Numbered from the stretch's first letter, positions 40,127-50,837 are shown. The stretch: 64,000 nt of DNA from Terriglobia bacterium (GCA_965198225.1 CBDAOY010000008.1:160001-224000), one strand, 5' to 3'. Program-made: numbers and translations. The notes: generated by a model from the letters alone, not told the origin.

Positions 40127-41614
40127 GTGTCTAAACCGTCCGACAGCACTTCTCCGTCCGGTTCTCCCGCGAGCCGGAACACCTCTTCAGACTCGAAACC
40201 GGCGCACCTGATCCACACCATAGCGGGGCCGATCGTCTTCCTGTTGATGCTCGTGGTGCCCGTAGAGTCCATGACCTACGAGATCCGCTGTAGTATCGGG
40301 CTGCTGTTGTGGATGGCGTGGTGGTGGATCACCAGGCCGGTCCATCTCGCCGTCACCGGCTTTCTACCTCTGGTCGTGGTGGCTCTCTTCAATTTTGCAC
40401 CCTTAGCGCGCATTCTCCCGGCCTACGCGGCGGAACTGGTGATTCTCCTGCTGTCGGCCAACGTCCTGACGACTGTCTGGACCCGGTGGGGGCTGGATCG
40501 CCGTATCGCCCTCGCTTCGCTCATCGGGGTCGGCACGAATACGACCCGGCAGATCCTGGCGTGGTTTGCGATCAGCATGATCATGAGCGCCTTTCTTCCG
40601 AACACGATCGTCGCGGCGACGATGATTCCGATCGTCGTGGCGATGCTCCGGTTCATCGGCATCGAGGACCTGTGGGAGAGCAACCTCGGCACCGCGCTCG
40701 TCATCGCCGTGGCATGGGGGACCAGCGCTGGCGGAGCGACGACACCTCTGGGCGGTGCTCCGAACCTGCTCACGGTCGAGTTCATCCAGGAGACCGTCAC
40801 CGGAAGGGAGTTCCTGTTCGTCACCTGGGTCACCCGTTTTCTGCCGCTCAGCCTGGCCGTGATGATCGTGACTTTTCTGTTCGTTCGGTTCGCGTTCAAG
40901 CCGGAGATCGCTGAAGTAGAAGGCACGCGAGATTATTTTGTCGGGGAATTGAAAGCGCTTGGATCGATGAGCATCCAGGAAAAGTGGGGTTTCTTTCTAT
41001 TCTCTATGGCTGCCTTGCTCGCGTTCACCCGGCCGCTGTACGCGGCCGCATTCCCCGCATTCAGCCCCGCCTACGCGTTTCTCAGTTTCGCACTGCTCTG
41101 TTTCCTGATTCGGCCGCGGGGTGAGAACCTCATGACCTGGGAGTACGCCCAGGGGAAGATGATGTGGGGACTGTTCTACCTGTTCGCCGGCGGCACCGCC
41201 CTGGGCCGGATCCTGAGCGAGACGGGCACGGCCGCCTACGTCGCGGACGTCCTGCTGCCCTACGCCAGCGGCGGCGGGTTTCTCGCGGTTGTCGTGTTTT
41301 CGGTGTTGACGCTGTTGATGACCCAGATCACCAGCAACACCGCGGCCGTCGCCGTCACGGTTCCGATCACGATCAGCACGTTCCAGAGCCTCGGCTTGAA
41401 CCCTCTGCCGTTCGTCTACATCGTGACGACAATTGGGAACTGTGGGTTCATGCTGCCGACCTCCGCCGGGGGACCTGCCGTCGCCGCCGGCTACGGCATT
41501 AACCTGAAGACGATGTTGATCAAAGGGTTCTGGGCCTGCCTCCTCGTTTTGACCGTGGTCGTTGTGCTGGGATACCTGCTCTCGGTCTACTGGCCGGCTT
41601 TCGGCACGGCCTGA
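40127..41614 (+). CDS. DASS/SLC13 anion:sodium symporter
   Basis: SAFLPNT, TPLGGAPN, TQITSNTAA and FMLP, with many transmembrane helices. Confidence 0.88.
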   Translation: MSKPSDSTSPSGSPASRNTSSDSKPAHLIHTIAGPIVFLLMLVVPVESMTYEIRCSIGLLLWMAWWWITRPVHLAVTGFLPLVVVALFNFAPLARILPAYAAELVILLLSANVLTTVWTRWGLDRRIALASLIGVGTNTTRQILAWFAISMIMSAFLPNTIVAATMIPIVVAMLRFIGIEDLWESNLGTALVIAVAWGTSAGGATTPLGGAPNLLTVEFIQETVTGREFLFVTWVTRFLPLSLAVMIVTFLFVRFAFKPEIAEVEGTRDYFVGELKALGSMSIQEKWGFFLFSMAALLAFTRPLYAAAFPAFSPAYAFLSFALLCFLIRPRGENLMTWEYAQGKMMWGLFYLFAGGTALGRILSETGTAAYVADVLLPYASGGGFLAVVVFSVLTLLMTQITSNTAAVAVTVPITISTFQSLGLNPLPFVYIVTTIGNCGFMLPTSAGGPAVAAGYGINLKTMLIKGFWACLLVLTVVVVLGYLLSVYWPAFGTA

Positions 41615-41634
41615 GGGGACGCGGGGACTTCTAG

Positions 41635-43304
41635 CCCGGATGGGTCACCAATCCGGGAATCGGCTGGTTTTCGGGTACGAGAAACGAATTGCGGCGAGTT
41701 CTGAATCCTGGAGTCGGTGAATCGGGGGAATCAGTCGTTGTTGAGGACGTGAGGTCGACTCGTTTGGCACGACAGGGGCATGATTCGGCGTGTGGAGGCA
41801 GACCTCGGCCCTGTGCAGATGAAGAAGTGAGTTTTTCGGTTGTGGGTGAATCGTGTCGTCAGCAACGAAGCGGAATCGACTGCAGGTTCCGCATGATAAG
41901 GGCGAAGGTTTCGGGATAGGGATAGGCCTCCGACATCGAGATCCAGACGTTGCGGACCGTCAGGCGGATTCGGGCGCCGATTTTGAGAAGCTTCAGACGG
42001 ATGGTCCCGCACTGGGCATGGGCCATCGCGGTATCTTTGAGCCCGAGGCGTCGCAGGGCATGCATGAGCATGTACGCAGCTGAGGAGAGATAGAGCCGGA
42101 GCTGATTGGCGCGCATGGTCGCCGCGCTGGTCCGGTCCGCAAATAGGTCCAACTGCTGTTCCTTGATACGGTTCTCCATGTCGCCCCGCGCGCAGTAGAA
42201 GTCCTCATACAAAGCGCGGGCTTGGAAGCGTTCCGGCGGCAGGGAGGTCACGATGAATCGGGGATTGGCGCCCTTGTCCAGGAACTCCGCCTTGCCGACG
42301 ACGCGTCGCGCGCGGGTCCAGCTGTTTAGAGTCCGGTACTGGAAATCCTTAAACACCCGCGCCGGTTTCCCGGTGGCGTTAAACTCCGCTTCCGCCTGAA
42401 CCATTTCTTCAGCGATTTCTTGCTTGAGACGACTGTTCTTGGCCAACCCGATCACATAATCGACCGGATGGGATTCACACCAGGCGAGCAGTTCATCCCT
42501 GCAAAAGCCCGAGTCGGCCCGGATGATGATCGATACTGTGGGCCACACCTGTCGGATCTGACCGACGATGCGCTCTAACTCATCCACCGCTCCGTCGGCC
42601 CCGTCAATGTTGGAACGCCGGAGCCGGGCGCACAGCAGATGTTCTCCCGAGAAGATGTACAACGGCAGGTAGCAGTAGTTGCCGTAGTAGCCGTGAAAGA
42701 ACCGTCCTTCCTGGTTGCCATGGATCGTATCGTCGGTGGCATCCAGGTCCAGAACGATCTCAGAGGGCTCCGATTCGTGGGCCGCGATAAACGCGTCGAC
42801 CATCCACCGGTCGATCTTGTCGCCATCCATGGCGATCTTCTTGTAAGACCTGCTCTGCGGATGTTCAGCGTGCACTTGCCTGCCAACGCCTTTCCCCGGT
42901 CTCCGGCCTGCCGCCGGTTTTTCCCCAGTGGGGCCTTCTCCACCGCCACGGCCAGCATCTGTCCGTAGCCTGTCGTTCAGGTCCTCATCGTCCATAAATC
43001 CGCTGGCCCAACAACTCCTTCACCGATCAACCTCGGGTCCCGGTGATGTAAAACACTGCAGTCCGGGATCAAACCCGTCCGCTTCTCGACTTCCCTCAAC
43101 AGCAGAACACCCGCGTCGGAGGTGACTTTCGCCGTCGAATCGCGCCTTCACTTTCCGTTGAAAAAGTCCGTGAAATTCGAACGTGGCTTGCTTACACTCT
43201 GTTCTCATAAGGGCCGTCTCCGTTTGGGTTTTTAAACGTTTCTCGTCAAACGCTTTATGCCAAACAGGGCGGCCTTTTCTGGTCCTATCCGTGAAATATA
43301 GGGG
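41635..43304 (-). mobile_element. IS1380-family element, degenerate
   Basis: Ends CCCGGATGGGTCAC and GTGAAATATAGGGG (imperfect inverted repeat), flanked by CTAG at 41631 and 43305. Confidence 0.8.
41859..43208 (-). pseudogene. IS1380 transposase with N-terminal deletions and frameshifts
   Basis: LDLDATDD..HGNQEGRFFHGYY, RADSGF and YCARGDMENRIKE. The N-terminal piece MRTECKQ..FDG is in a separate ORF. Confidence 0.88.
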
Positions 43305-43308
43305 CTAG

Positions 43309-44792
43309 CAGTCCGTGGTTAAAGTCGGCCTCATCGTAATTAGAAGAAGGACCGGATGCGACCATAACGCGAGGAGAATCAGGTTAGGAGATCGCGATAT
43401 GGGAATGGGACGGAGAAAGCACCGACAGGACACGTTGTGGGTTGCGACCGCGGAGTTGCCGCGAACAGCGGGCCACGTATTTTACGAACGGGTAAACCGA
43501 ATCCTGAACGAGACGGAGTTCGACCGGTTCGTCGAGGATGCGTGCGAGAAGTTCTACGCCGCAGTGATGGGTCGGCCGAGCCTGGCACCGGGCAAGTATT
43601 TTCGGATGCTGCTGGTGGGCTACTTTGAAGGGATCGATTCGGAGCGGGGGATTGCATGGCGGTGTGCCGATTCTCTAAGCTTGCGGGAATTCCTGGGAGT
43701 GGGACTGAGCGACGCGGTACCGGATCATTCGACGGTTTCGCGAACCCGACGGCTGATCGATCTGGAGACGCATGGAAAGGTCTTTTCGTGGATGTTGGGT
43801 GTATTGGCCGGTGAGGGCCTGATCGATGGGAAGACGGTGGGCGTGGATGCATCGACGCTGGAAGCCAACGCGGCGATGCGATCGATCGTGCGGCGGGATA
43901 CCGGGGAAGCCTACAACGAGTTCCTGACACGGCTGGCCAAGGCGTCGGGCATTGAGACGCCGACCCGAGCGGACCTGGCCCGACTGGACCGAAAGCGAAC
44001 CAAGAAAGGATCGAACAAAGAGTGGGAACATCCCGACGACCCGGACGCGCGCATTACGAAGATGAAGGACGGGCGGACGCATCTGGCGCACAAGGTCGAG
44101 CATGCCGCCGACATGAAGACCGGAGCCATCCTGGCGGTTACCGTGCAGGGCGCCGATCTGGGCGACACGACGACTATCGAAGACACGATGATCGAGGCGG
44201 CCCGTCAGATGGAGACACTGGCGGCCGATCCTGAATCGAAGCTGCCCGACGATTACCTTTCCGAAATCGTGGCCGATAAGGGATATCACAGTAACGATAC
44301 GATGACCGCCTTCAAAGACCTCGGTATTCGCAGCTATATCTCGGAACCGGACCGGGGTCGGCGTAACTGGAAAGGCAAGCCCGCCGAACAACAGGCCGTC
44401 TACGCCAACCGGCGACGGATCCGAGGTGAGCGGGGCAAGCGGTTACTCCGACAGCGGGGACTGATGTTGGAACGGCCGTTCGCGCACACTCTGGAAACCG
44501 GAGCCATGCGTCGGGTTCACCTCCGACATCGGGACAACATTCTCAAGCGCATCCTGATTCAGTACGCCGCGTTGAATCTGAGCCTGATTCTTCGGAACAA
44601 TTTCGGGAACGGCACACCGCGAGGCCTTCAGGGCCAGTATGTTGCTGCCTTGTTCACCCTGATACTGCTCTGGAGCCACTATCAATCGCTCTCTTTCGAT
44701 CCTGAACACTCCGGACACGATTTCAACGCTGTTCCGTCTTGGCCGACACCCGTGAATCCCAATTCAGGAAATTGCACTTCTGCCACGGACTG
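43309..44792 (+). mobile_element. IS1182/IS5-like insertion sequence
   Basis: Terminal inverted repeat CAGTCCGTGGTTAAAGT / ACTTCTGCCACGGACTG. CTAG on both sides (43305-43308 and 44793-44796). Confidence 0.85.
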
Positions 44793-44796
44793 CTAG
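43399..44796 (+). CDS. DDE transposase (IS1182/IS5-like)
   Basis: GRPS, PDHSTVSRTR, VDASTLEANA, VADKGY and ERPFA. The stop codon lies in the CTAG. Confidence 0.9.
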   Translation: MGMGRRKHRQDTLWVATAELPRTAGHVFYERVNRILNETEFDRFVEDACEKFYAAVMGRPSLAPGKYFRMLLVGYFEGIDSERGIAWRCADSLSLREFLGVGLSDAVPDHSTVSRTRRLIDLETHGKVFSWMLGVLAGEGLIDGKTVGVDASTLEANAAMRSIVRRDTGEAYNEFLTRLAKASGIETPTRADLARLDRKRTKKGSNKEWEHPDDPDARITKMKDGRTHLAHKVEHAADMKTGAILAVTVQGADLGDTTTIEDTMIEAARQMETLAADPESKLPDDYLSEIVADKGYHSNDTMTAFKDLGIRSYISEPDRGRRNWKGKPAEQQAVYANRRRIRGERGKRLLRQRGLMLERPFAHTLETGAMRRVHLRHRDNILKRILIQYAALNLSLILRNNFGNGTPRGLQGQYVAALFTLILLWSHYQSLSFDPEHSGHDFNAVPSWPTPVNPNSGNCTSATDC

Positions 44797-44813
44797 GCTC
44801 CGGCGTGGGCGCG

Positions 44814-45635
44814 TCAGAGGATCTGGACGAGCATCACGATCGAGGCGACGTAGATCACGCCAATCACGATTGCCTGCAACGGCCGCTCGGGCATTTTCAC
44901 CGCGAGGCGACTGCCCGCAAACACTCCAGCCAGTGATCCCACCCACATCACAGCCGCGGTTATCAGCTCCAACTGGCCTCCCCACATGAAAATCACCGAC
45001 GTCTGGAGGGACAGGACGAAAGCGATCAGGATCGAGGTGCCGACGGCGCTGGCGGCCGACAGGCCCATGAGAATGATCAGCACCGGAAGTACGAGGATGC
45101 CGCCTCCGACGCTGGTTGCCCCCACGAGGCCCCCGACGATCAAGCCACACAGAACGCACAGAAACGTCCGGCTCCTGCCGCGCCCACCGGCGTCGGATGC
45201 GGGGATCGACGTCTTTCGGACCAGGTTCAACGTCAAAATGATGGCCGACAGCAGCATCGACAGCGCGATCACGAGTCCCAGGCTGTCCTGAAAGCTCTCC
45301 AGCCTGGGAGCGTCCTCAGTTCCGGCGGTCCGAATGTAGCTGTTGATGAAATAGGCCGTGACGACGTTGCCCGGGATAGCGCCGGCGAGGAAGGTCAGCG
45401 TTGCCGACCGGTCCAGGGTGCCCAGACGGTGGTGTGCGAACACGGCGTACGCCTTGGCCAGGAACGCGTACAGGCTCGCGGTGCCGACGGCGATCGAAGA
45501 AGGAAGCCCGAGAATGATGGTCAAGGCCGGAACAGTCAGCGCCCCGCCGCCGACTCCGGTCAGCGCGATGAGGAATCCGATGACCATCCCGGTGGCGAGT
45601 CGAACCAGGATTTCCCACGCGTCAAGGCCCATCAA
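44814..45635 (-). CDS. Sulfite exporter TauE/SafE family protein
   Basis: GVGGGALTVP, AVGTAS, SVGGGILVLP and AVGTS repeats. Coupled to the HIT stop codon. Confidence 0.88.
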   Translation of the reverse strand: MMGLDAWEILVRLATGMVIGFLIALTGVGGGALTVPALTIILGLPSSIAVGTASLYAFLAKAYAVFAHHRLGTLDRSATLTFLAGAIPGNVVTAYFINSYIRTAGTEDAPRLESFQDSLGLVIALSMLLSAIILTLNLVRKTSIPASDAGGRGRSRTFLCVLCGLIVGGLVGATSVGGGILVLPVLIILMGLSAASAVGTSILIAFVLSLQTSVIFMWGGQLELITAAVMWVGSLAGVFAGSRLAVKMPERPLQAIVIGVIYVASIVMLVQIL

Positions 45636-46042
45636 CTCTCGCTGTCCTTCCGCGCCGAGGGCCGTGGATAGTGGGCTTTTTCGGGAAGGATATGCCGGAC
45701 CCCTCCCTGCGGCCGTGGATGGTCTCCTAGGTAGCGCGGAATCAGGTGGAAGTGGACGTGGTGTATGCTCTGTCCCCCCGCCGAACCCACGTTGACGCCG
45801 ATGTTGTATCCGTCGGGGTGGTACTCATTCTCAAGGACATGCTGTTCCAGCTGGAGCAGATCGAAACAGGCAGCGGCTTCATCGGGACGGAGTTCGAAAA
45901 AACTCGCGCAGTGTCGGAGCGGAATGACGAGAGAGTGGCCCGGGCTGACCGGGTAACTGTCCCTCGCGGAGTAGGCGAACTCATTCCTTTCGGTCACGCC
46001 CCGCGGAGTGCAGAACAGACACGGACTATTCGGATCCCGCAT
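45632..46042 (-). CDS. HIT family nucleotide hydrolase/transferase
   Basis: CLFC, PGHSLVIP and GQSIHHVHFHLIPR. Confidence 0.92.
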   Translation of the reverse strand: MRDPNSPCLFCTPRGVTERNEFAYSARDSYPVSPGHSLVIPLRHCASFFELRPDEAAACFDLLQLEQHVLENEYHPDGYNIGVNVGSAGGQSIHHVHFHLIPRYLGDHPRPQGGVRHILPEKAHYPRPSARKDSES

Positions 46043-47182
46043 TCACGTACTTGAATCCCTGTTGTCCGCTGCGAACAGCATCGCCACAAACCGGTACGAG
46101 AGGTGCGCGAACTTCGAGTAGGGGAGGTAGGCAAGGAGAAAGAAAATGAACAACAGGTGAACGAAATACATCCAGTAGGCCAGAGTCGCAACGTCGAGGA
46201 GCCGCAGCCACTCCGTGAAGAACCCGGTCAGCGTGGTCAGGCCCAGCACCGACAGAAACAGCACGTCCGAATAGGTCGTCTTGCCGGCTTTTTCCTTGTC
46301 CTTGCTCCGCCGGTAACCGAAGACGGCACACGCGATGATCACGGCGACGCCGCTCACATTGCCGAGAATCTTGACCGGGTGCCAGAGCGGCCACGGCGTC
46401 AGGTAACCAAACCCGTAGATGCCGATCCCGACCGACGTCGTCGTGATGACGAGACCGATGAACCCGTAGAACAGTGCCATGTGGGTCTTGAAGAGATGTT
46501 CCTTGTAGCTCTTCCTGTCTCCCGTTCTCTCGGATTCGCACTGGCGGAACCGGGTGTGTTTGAGGATCGAGACGATCGTCGGAATCAACCCCGCAGTCGC
46601 GTTCCCGTCGCTGGCAGCCTCCTGCCGGAGCGCCCGCCAGTAGTCGAAGGCGGTCTTGAGCGCCGCGATCACCGCCAGCCCGACCGCGATCGTAAACATG
46701 ACTTCGACGTAGATGATCGGCAGAAACTTCGAGTAGACGACCGTCCCATCCGGAAGGGAAGTCAGATTACCCAGGCTCGCGAGCATCGCGAGCAGGATGA
46801 CGGCCGGAAAACCGAACAGCAGGGGCAGGTACTTCGCCTGATCGACGGCCCGGCCCATGAACTGCGGCCAGGCATAGTGGGTGATGCTGTAGTCCCGGAC
46901 GGCCGCCATCACATCCGCGGGTTTCGCGTCCCGAGGACAGTAGGTATTGCAGACTCCGCACTGGTGGCACTGCCAAACCGAAGCGTCTGCCATCAGCCGG
47001 TCTTTCAGGCCCCACTGAACCCAGATCATTTCCTTGCGCGGGAACGGATCCGTCTCGGTCGAAATCGGGCAGATCACCGAGCAGGTTCCGCACTGGTAGC
47101 AGGAGGTCAGATCGTGGGCATCAAGGCCCATGATCTCGCGTTTGAAATCCAGATCCGGTTCGATTAAAGCTACCTTAGCCAT
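46043..47182 (-). CDS. qmoC: QmoC membrane subunit
   Basis: CYQCGTCSVICP and CHQCGVCNTYCP, heme-b transmembrane domain, YLPYSKFAH. Confidence 0.92.
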   Translation of the reverse strand: MAKVALIEPDLDFKREIMGLDAHDLTSCYQCGTCSVICPISTETDPFPRKEMIWVQWGLKDRLMADASVWQCHQCGVCNTYCPRDAKPADVMAAVRDYSITHYAWPQFMGRAVDQAKYLPLLFGFPAVILLAMLASLGNLTSLPDGTVVYSKFLPIIYVEVMFTIAVGLAVIAALKTAFDYWRALRQEAASDGNATAGLIPTIVSILKHTRFRQCESERTGDRKSYKEHLFKTHMALFYGFIGLVITTTSVGIGIYGFGYLTPWPLWHPVKILGNVSGVAVIIACAVFGYRRSKDKEKAGKTTYSDVLFLSVLGLTTLTGFFTEWLRLLDVATLAYWMYFVHLLFIFFLLAYLPYSKFAHLSYRFVAMLFAADNRDSST

Positions 47183-47199
47183 CGCTTCTCCCGCAACTG

Positions 47200-47315
47200 A
47201 CTCCCCTCCTTAACCAAGGAGGTGTGGCTGCGCCAAAGGCGCAGACGGGGTGGTTCTTCCCGGTCAACACCACCCCGGCGCTTCGCGCCACCCCTCGTCA
47301 TCTGAGGAGGGGAGT
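47200..47315. repeat. Cloverleaf palindromic element between qmoB and qmoC
   Basis: ACTCCCCTCCT...AGGAGGGGAGT closing repeat with several internal hairpins. Confidence 0.65.
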
Positions 47316-47327
47316 TGGGTGGTTGGT

Positions 47328-49463
47328 TCAGAACCCCTTGAATGGATTCGGTCCAATTTCCTCGATCGACGAGGAGAACTCTTCGAGCATCCCCGGGATC
47401 TCCCGGTAGTCGGAAATCGCGACTTCCCTGACCTGAACTCTCTCCGGCTCCAGAGCCAGGCGGTCCAGGGTCTCGCGCACGTTCTCCATCCGTTGTCCCA
47501 GCAACTCGCTCCCCTGGATAAAATGGCACTGGTAGTCTTCGCCGGACTTGCAGCCCATCAAGGCGACCCCGTCGAACCCCCTGGACATCGCATCGGCAAT
47601 CAGAACGCTGTTGACCGAGCCGAGGCAGCGCACCGGAACGATCCGGACGTTCACCGGATAATCAAGCCTGTTGATGCCTGCGGCGTCCAGGGCCGGATAC
47701 GCGTCGTTCTCGCAGGCCAGTACGAGTATCCGTAGTTTCTCATCGTCGTCCTCGGGTATCTCGACGGCCCGTATCATCGACGAGAGCATGTCGACCGAAT
47801 AGTCGTCGAATGAGATGATCTGGACCGGGCAAGCGCCCATGCATATCCCACACCGCCGGCACCGATTCGGGTCCAGCGAAGGGTGGCTGTTCTCATCCAC
47901 CTCCAGCGCCCCGAACGGACACTCCTGGGAGCAGCGCCCGCAGGAGGTGCACTTCTGCATGAAGAAATCCGGATAGGACAGGTCGCCGGTTCGCGGGTGC
48001 ACCGCCGATCCCGCCGATGAGTTCTCGATACACTGAATGGCCTTGAGCGCCGCGGCGGTCCCGTCCTGAGCGCTGGAGCCCATGTCCATGGGCTTTCTCG
48101 CGCAACCGGCCGAATATATGCCGGTTCGTCGCGTCTCGTATGGGAAACAGATGAAATGAGAGTCCGCAAACCCGAACTGCGTTTGTGGAAGCTCGCCTCC
48201 CTGAAGGTAGCCGAGGTTGAGCGCCTGTTCGTCCATCCCGACCGGGGTCATTCCCGTCGACAGCACGAGCATGTCCGCCGTTATTCCGACGCTGCCGCCG
48301 AGTAGCGTGTTGTCGACTTCCAGGACGATGTTCCCGTTCGAGTCCTCCGAAACCGACCCGACATCGCCCTGTGAGAACATGATGCCTTCGTCGGCCTGAA
48401 CCTGCCGGTAGAAGTACTCGTATTGGCCGGGCGTCTGCATGTCCTGGTAGAAGACATACACGCTCGAGTTCGGGTAAAGCTTTCGCAGGTAGCTCGCCTG
48501 CTTCAGCGCGACCAGAGAGGTGACGTTGCCGCCGTACGGCAGGTGTTTTTCGTCGCCCTTGCCTTCGCACTGGAGGATTGCCACGCGCTCAACCTCACGT
48601 CCGTCGGACGGCCGGGTCACTTTTCCGGACGACGCCATTTCTTCCAGCTGAACGCTCGTGACGACGTTGGCGTATCGTCCGAAACCGTATGATTGGAACT
48701 GAGAGGCGTCGTAGGGTTTCCAGCCTGTGGCCACGACGACGGCGCCGACCGTCACGCTTCGAGATGTTCCGTCGTGGCTCAGCGTGACTTTGAAATTCCC
48801 CGGCTGACCCTCGACGCCTTCCACCTGCGAGGAAAGGCATACGGTGATATTCGCTTCCTGCTCCACCGCCCGAATCCTGTCATCGACGTCGGAATCCTGG
48901 AGGTCTGCGTAGGGAGGCCGGGTGGGAAAGTGTCTGTACATCTTCGTCGCGAATCCGCCAAGTTGCGCCTTCTTCTCGACCAACACGACCTTGAAGCCGG
49001 TTCGCGCGGCGTCGATCGCCGCCGCCATCCCGGTGATCCCACCTCCCACCACCAGGATGGTTCTCTCGTTGGCCTCCGTGTAGGGGGTTGGAGTCTCCGT
49101 CTTCTGCGCCCGCACGATACCCATCCGAAGATAATCTTCGGCGAGGCTCTGGGTCTCTTCAGTGTTCGGCGGGTGGCTCCACACCACCTGCTCCCGGATA
49201 TTCACCCGTTCCACGGGAGCGTTCTCGAATGAAAGAATGTCGGTGTTCACGCGTGGCGAGCAGGCGGCCACAACGACCCGATCGACCTCACCTTTTGCGA
49301 TGTCGCTCTTGATGAGGTTGACGTCTTCGAGACAGAAAGCGTCGGCGCTTCGGACGACGGCCGGGTTGAACTCGTCGGTCGCGATCTTTACCAGATCGTC
49401 CGGTTTGAGGCACTCCCCGATGTCACAGCCTTTGCAGACGTAGACTCCGACCTTATGTTCCAT
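47328..49463 (-). CDS. qmoB: QmoB (HdrA-MvhD fusion)
   Basis: VYVCKGC, AACSPR, an FAD site, two ferredoxin motifs, and MvhD-like ACENDAYPALD...RCLGS...GCKSGEDYQCHF. Confidence 0.93.
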   Translation of the reverse strand: MEHKVGVYVCKGCDIGECLKPDDLVKIATDEFNPAVVRSADAFCLEDVNLIKSDIAKGEVDRVVVAACSPRVNTDILSFENAPVERVNIREQVVWSHPPNTEETQSLAEDYLRMGIVRAQKTETPTPYTEANERTILVVGGGITGMAAAIDAARTGFKVVLVEKKAQLGGFATKMYRHFPTRPPYADLQDSDVDDRIRAVEQEANITVCLSSQVEGVEGQPGNFKVTLSHDGTSRSVTVGAVVVATGWKPYDASQFQSYGFGRYANVVTSVQLEEMASSGKVTRPSDGREVERVAILQCEGKGDEKHLPYGGNVTSLVALKQASYLRKLYPNSSVYVFYQDMQTPGQYEYFYRQVQADEGIMFSQGDVGSVSEDSNGNIVLEVDNTLLGGSVGITADMLVLSTGMTPVGMDEQALNLGYLQGGELPQTQFGFADSHFICFPYETRRTGIYSAGCARKPMDMGSSAQDGTAAALKAIQCIENSSAGSAVHPRTGDLSYPDFFMQKCTSCGRCSQECPFGALEVDENSHPSLDPNRCRRCGICMGACPVQIISFDDYSVDMLSSMIRAVEIPEDDDEKLRILVLACENDAYPALDAAGINRLDYPVNVRIVPVRCLGSVNSVLIADAMSRGFDGVALMGCKSGEDYQCHFIQGSELLGQRMENVRETLDRLALEPERVQVREVAISDYREIPGMLEEFSSSIEEIGPNPFKGF

Positions 49464-49521
49464 GATTCATCAGTGTCCAATTTAGGGGTTCGAACGCGTG
49501 CCCAGCCGCGTTCAACCAGAC

Positions 49522-50826
49522 TCAGGTGTTTACGGGCTCCGCTGCCCGCTCCCCTGCACGATGGATGGCTTGAATCGCCTTTAGCGTGGCTGCCGTCGCA
49601 TCCTGGACGGAAGTTTCGACGTCCACCGGTCCCCGCGCGCATCCGGCGGCAAAAATCCCGGGCGCGGTCTCATCGGGCAGGATGAAAGCGTCGGAATCGT
49701 AGCCGGCAGGGACACTGGATTGCGTCGGATCCACGCCTGACGCCATTCCCGTGGCGAGAACCACGAGGTCGACATTTGTCTTCGTCTTACGGGCGGAGAG
49801 GATGTCTTCCGCTTCGACGACCAGCTTGCCGGTAGTCGAGTCTTCAGCAATCCTGGCTACTTTCCCCTTCACTACCGACACGTTCGGATCGCTCTGCACT
49901 TTCTCGGAAAAGAATTCGTACGTACCCGGTGTCCTCAAGTCGATGTAGAAAATGTAGACCTTCGATTCCGGATTCTGCTCTCTCACGTACGTCGCTTCCT
50001 TCAGGGATGCCAGGCAACAGATGCTGGAGCAATAACCCAGGTGGTTCTCGTCCCTGGAGCCCGCGCACTGGATGAACGCGACGGAATTCACGTCGCCTCC
50101 GTCGGACGGCCGGACAATCCTGCCCTGGGTGGGCCCGTCCGGAGCGGCCATGCGCTCGATCATCATGTTGGTGACGACATCCGTATAGCGACCGAACCCC
50201 AGATTGTCGATCCGTGCGGCGTCGTAGGGTTGCCAACCGGTGGTCATGATCACCGCGCCGACCTTGAGGCTGAGGCTCGCGGGTTTCATATTCAGGTCAA
50301 TCGCATCGTAGTTGCACGCGTCGACGCATTTCGCGCACGCGCTGAGCTCACACGCGGAATCGTCGATCGCGTACTTCATCGGAAACGCCATCGCATGGGG
50401 CAGGTAGATCGCCTTGGTCGTACCCATACCGAGATTGAAGGCGTCCGGTCGATCTTCAGGACAAACTGCAACGCAGTCGTTGCATGCAGTGCAGCGGTCG
50501 TTCACGTAGCGAGGGTGCTGCTTGATGGCGACATCGAAATTCCCGGGTTCACCCGCGATACTCTCGACCTCCGCCATCGTGAAGAATCGAATCCTCCGAT
50601 TCTTTTTCATACGTTGGAAATTGATCTCAAGACCACAGTTGGGAGGACACAGTTTGGGGAAATACTTGGCGAGTTGCGCCACACGTCCACCCAGGTAGGG
50701 TTGTTTCTCGACGATGTAGACCTCGTATCCCACCTCGGCGGCTTCGACCGCTGCTGTGATTCCGGCGATGCCCCCGCCGACGACCAGGATGCTCTTGTGG
50801 ATTGAAGGGACTGTTTCTGCCGTCAT
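49522..50826 (-). CDS. qmoA: QmoA (HdrA-like)
   Basis: Start MTAETV at 50826. GGGIAG, KYFPKLCPPNCG and QCAGSRD...CSSICC. Confidence 0.93.
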   Translation of the reverse strand: MTAETVPSIHKSILVVGGGIAGITAAVEAAEVGYEVYIVEKQPYLGGRVAQLAKYFPKLCPPNCGLEINFQRMKKNRRIRFFTMAEVESIAGEPGNFDVAIKQHPRYVNDRCTACNDCVAVCPEDRPDAFNLGMGTTKAIYLPHAMAFPMKYAIDDSACELSACAKCVDACNYDAIDLNMKPASLSLKVGAVIMTTGWQPYDAARIDNLGFGRYTDVVTNMMIERMAAPDGPTQGRIVRPSDGGDVNSVAFIQCAGSRDENHLGYCSSICCLASLKEATYVREQNPESKVYIFYIDLRTPGTYEFFSEKVQSDPNVSVVKGKVARIAEDSTTGKLVVEAEDILSARKTKTNVDLVVLATGMASGVDPTQSSVPAGYDSDAFILPDETAPGIFAAGCARGPVDVETSVQDATAATLKAIQAIHRAGERAAEPVNT

Positions 50827-50837
50827 ATTCTGCTCCG

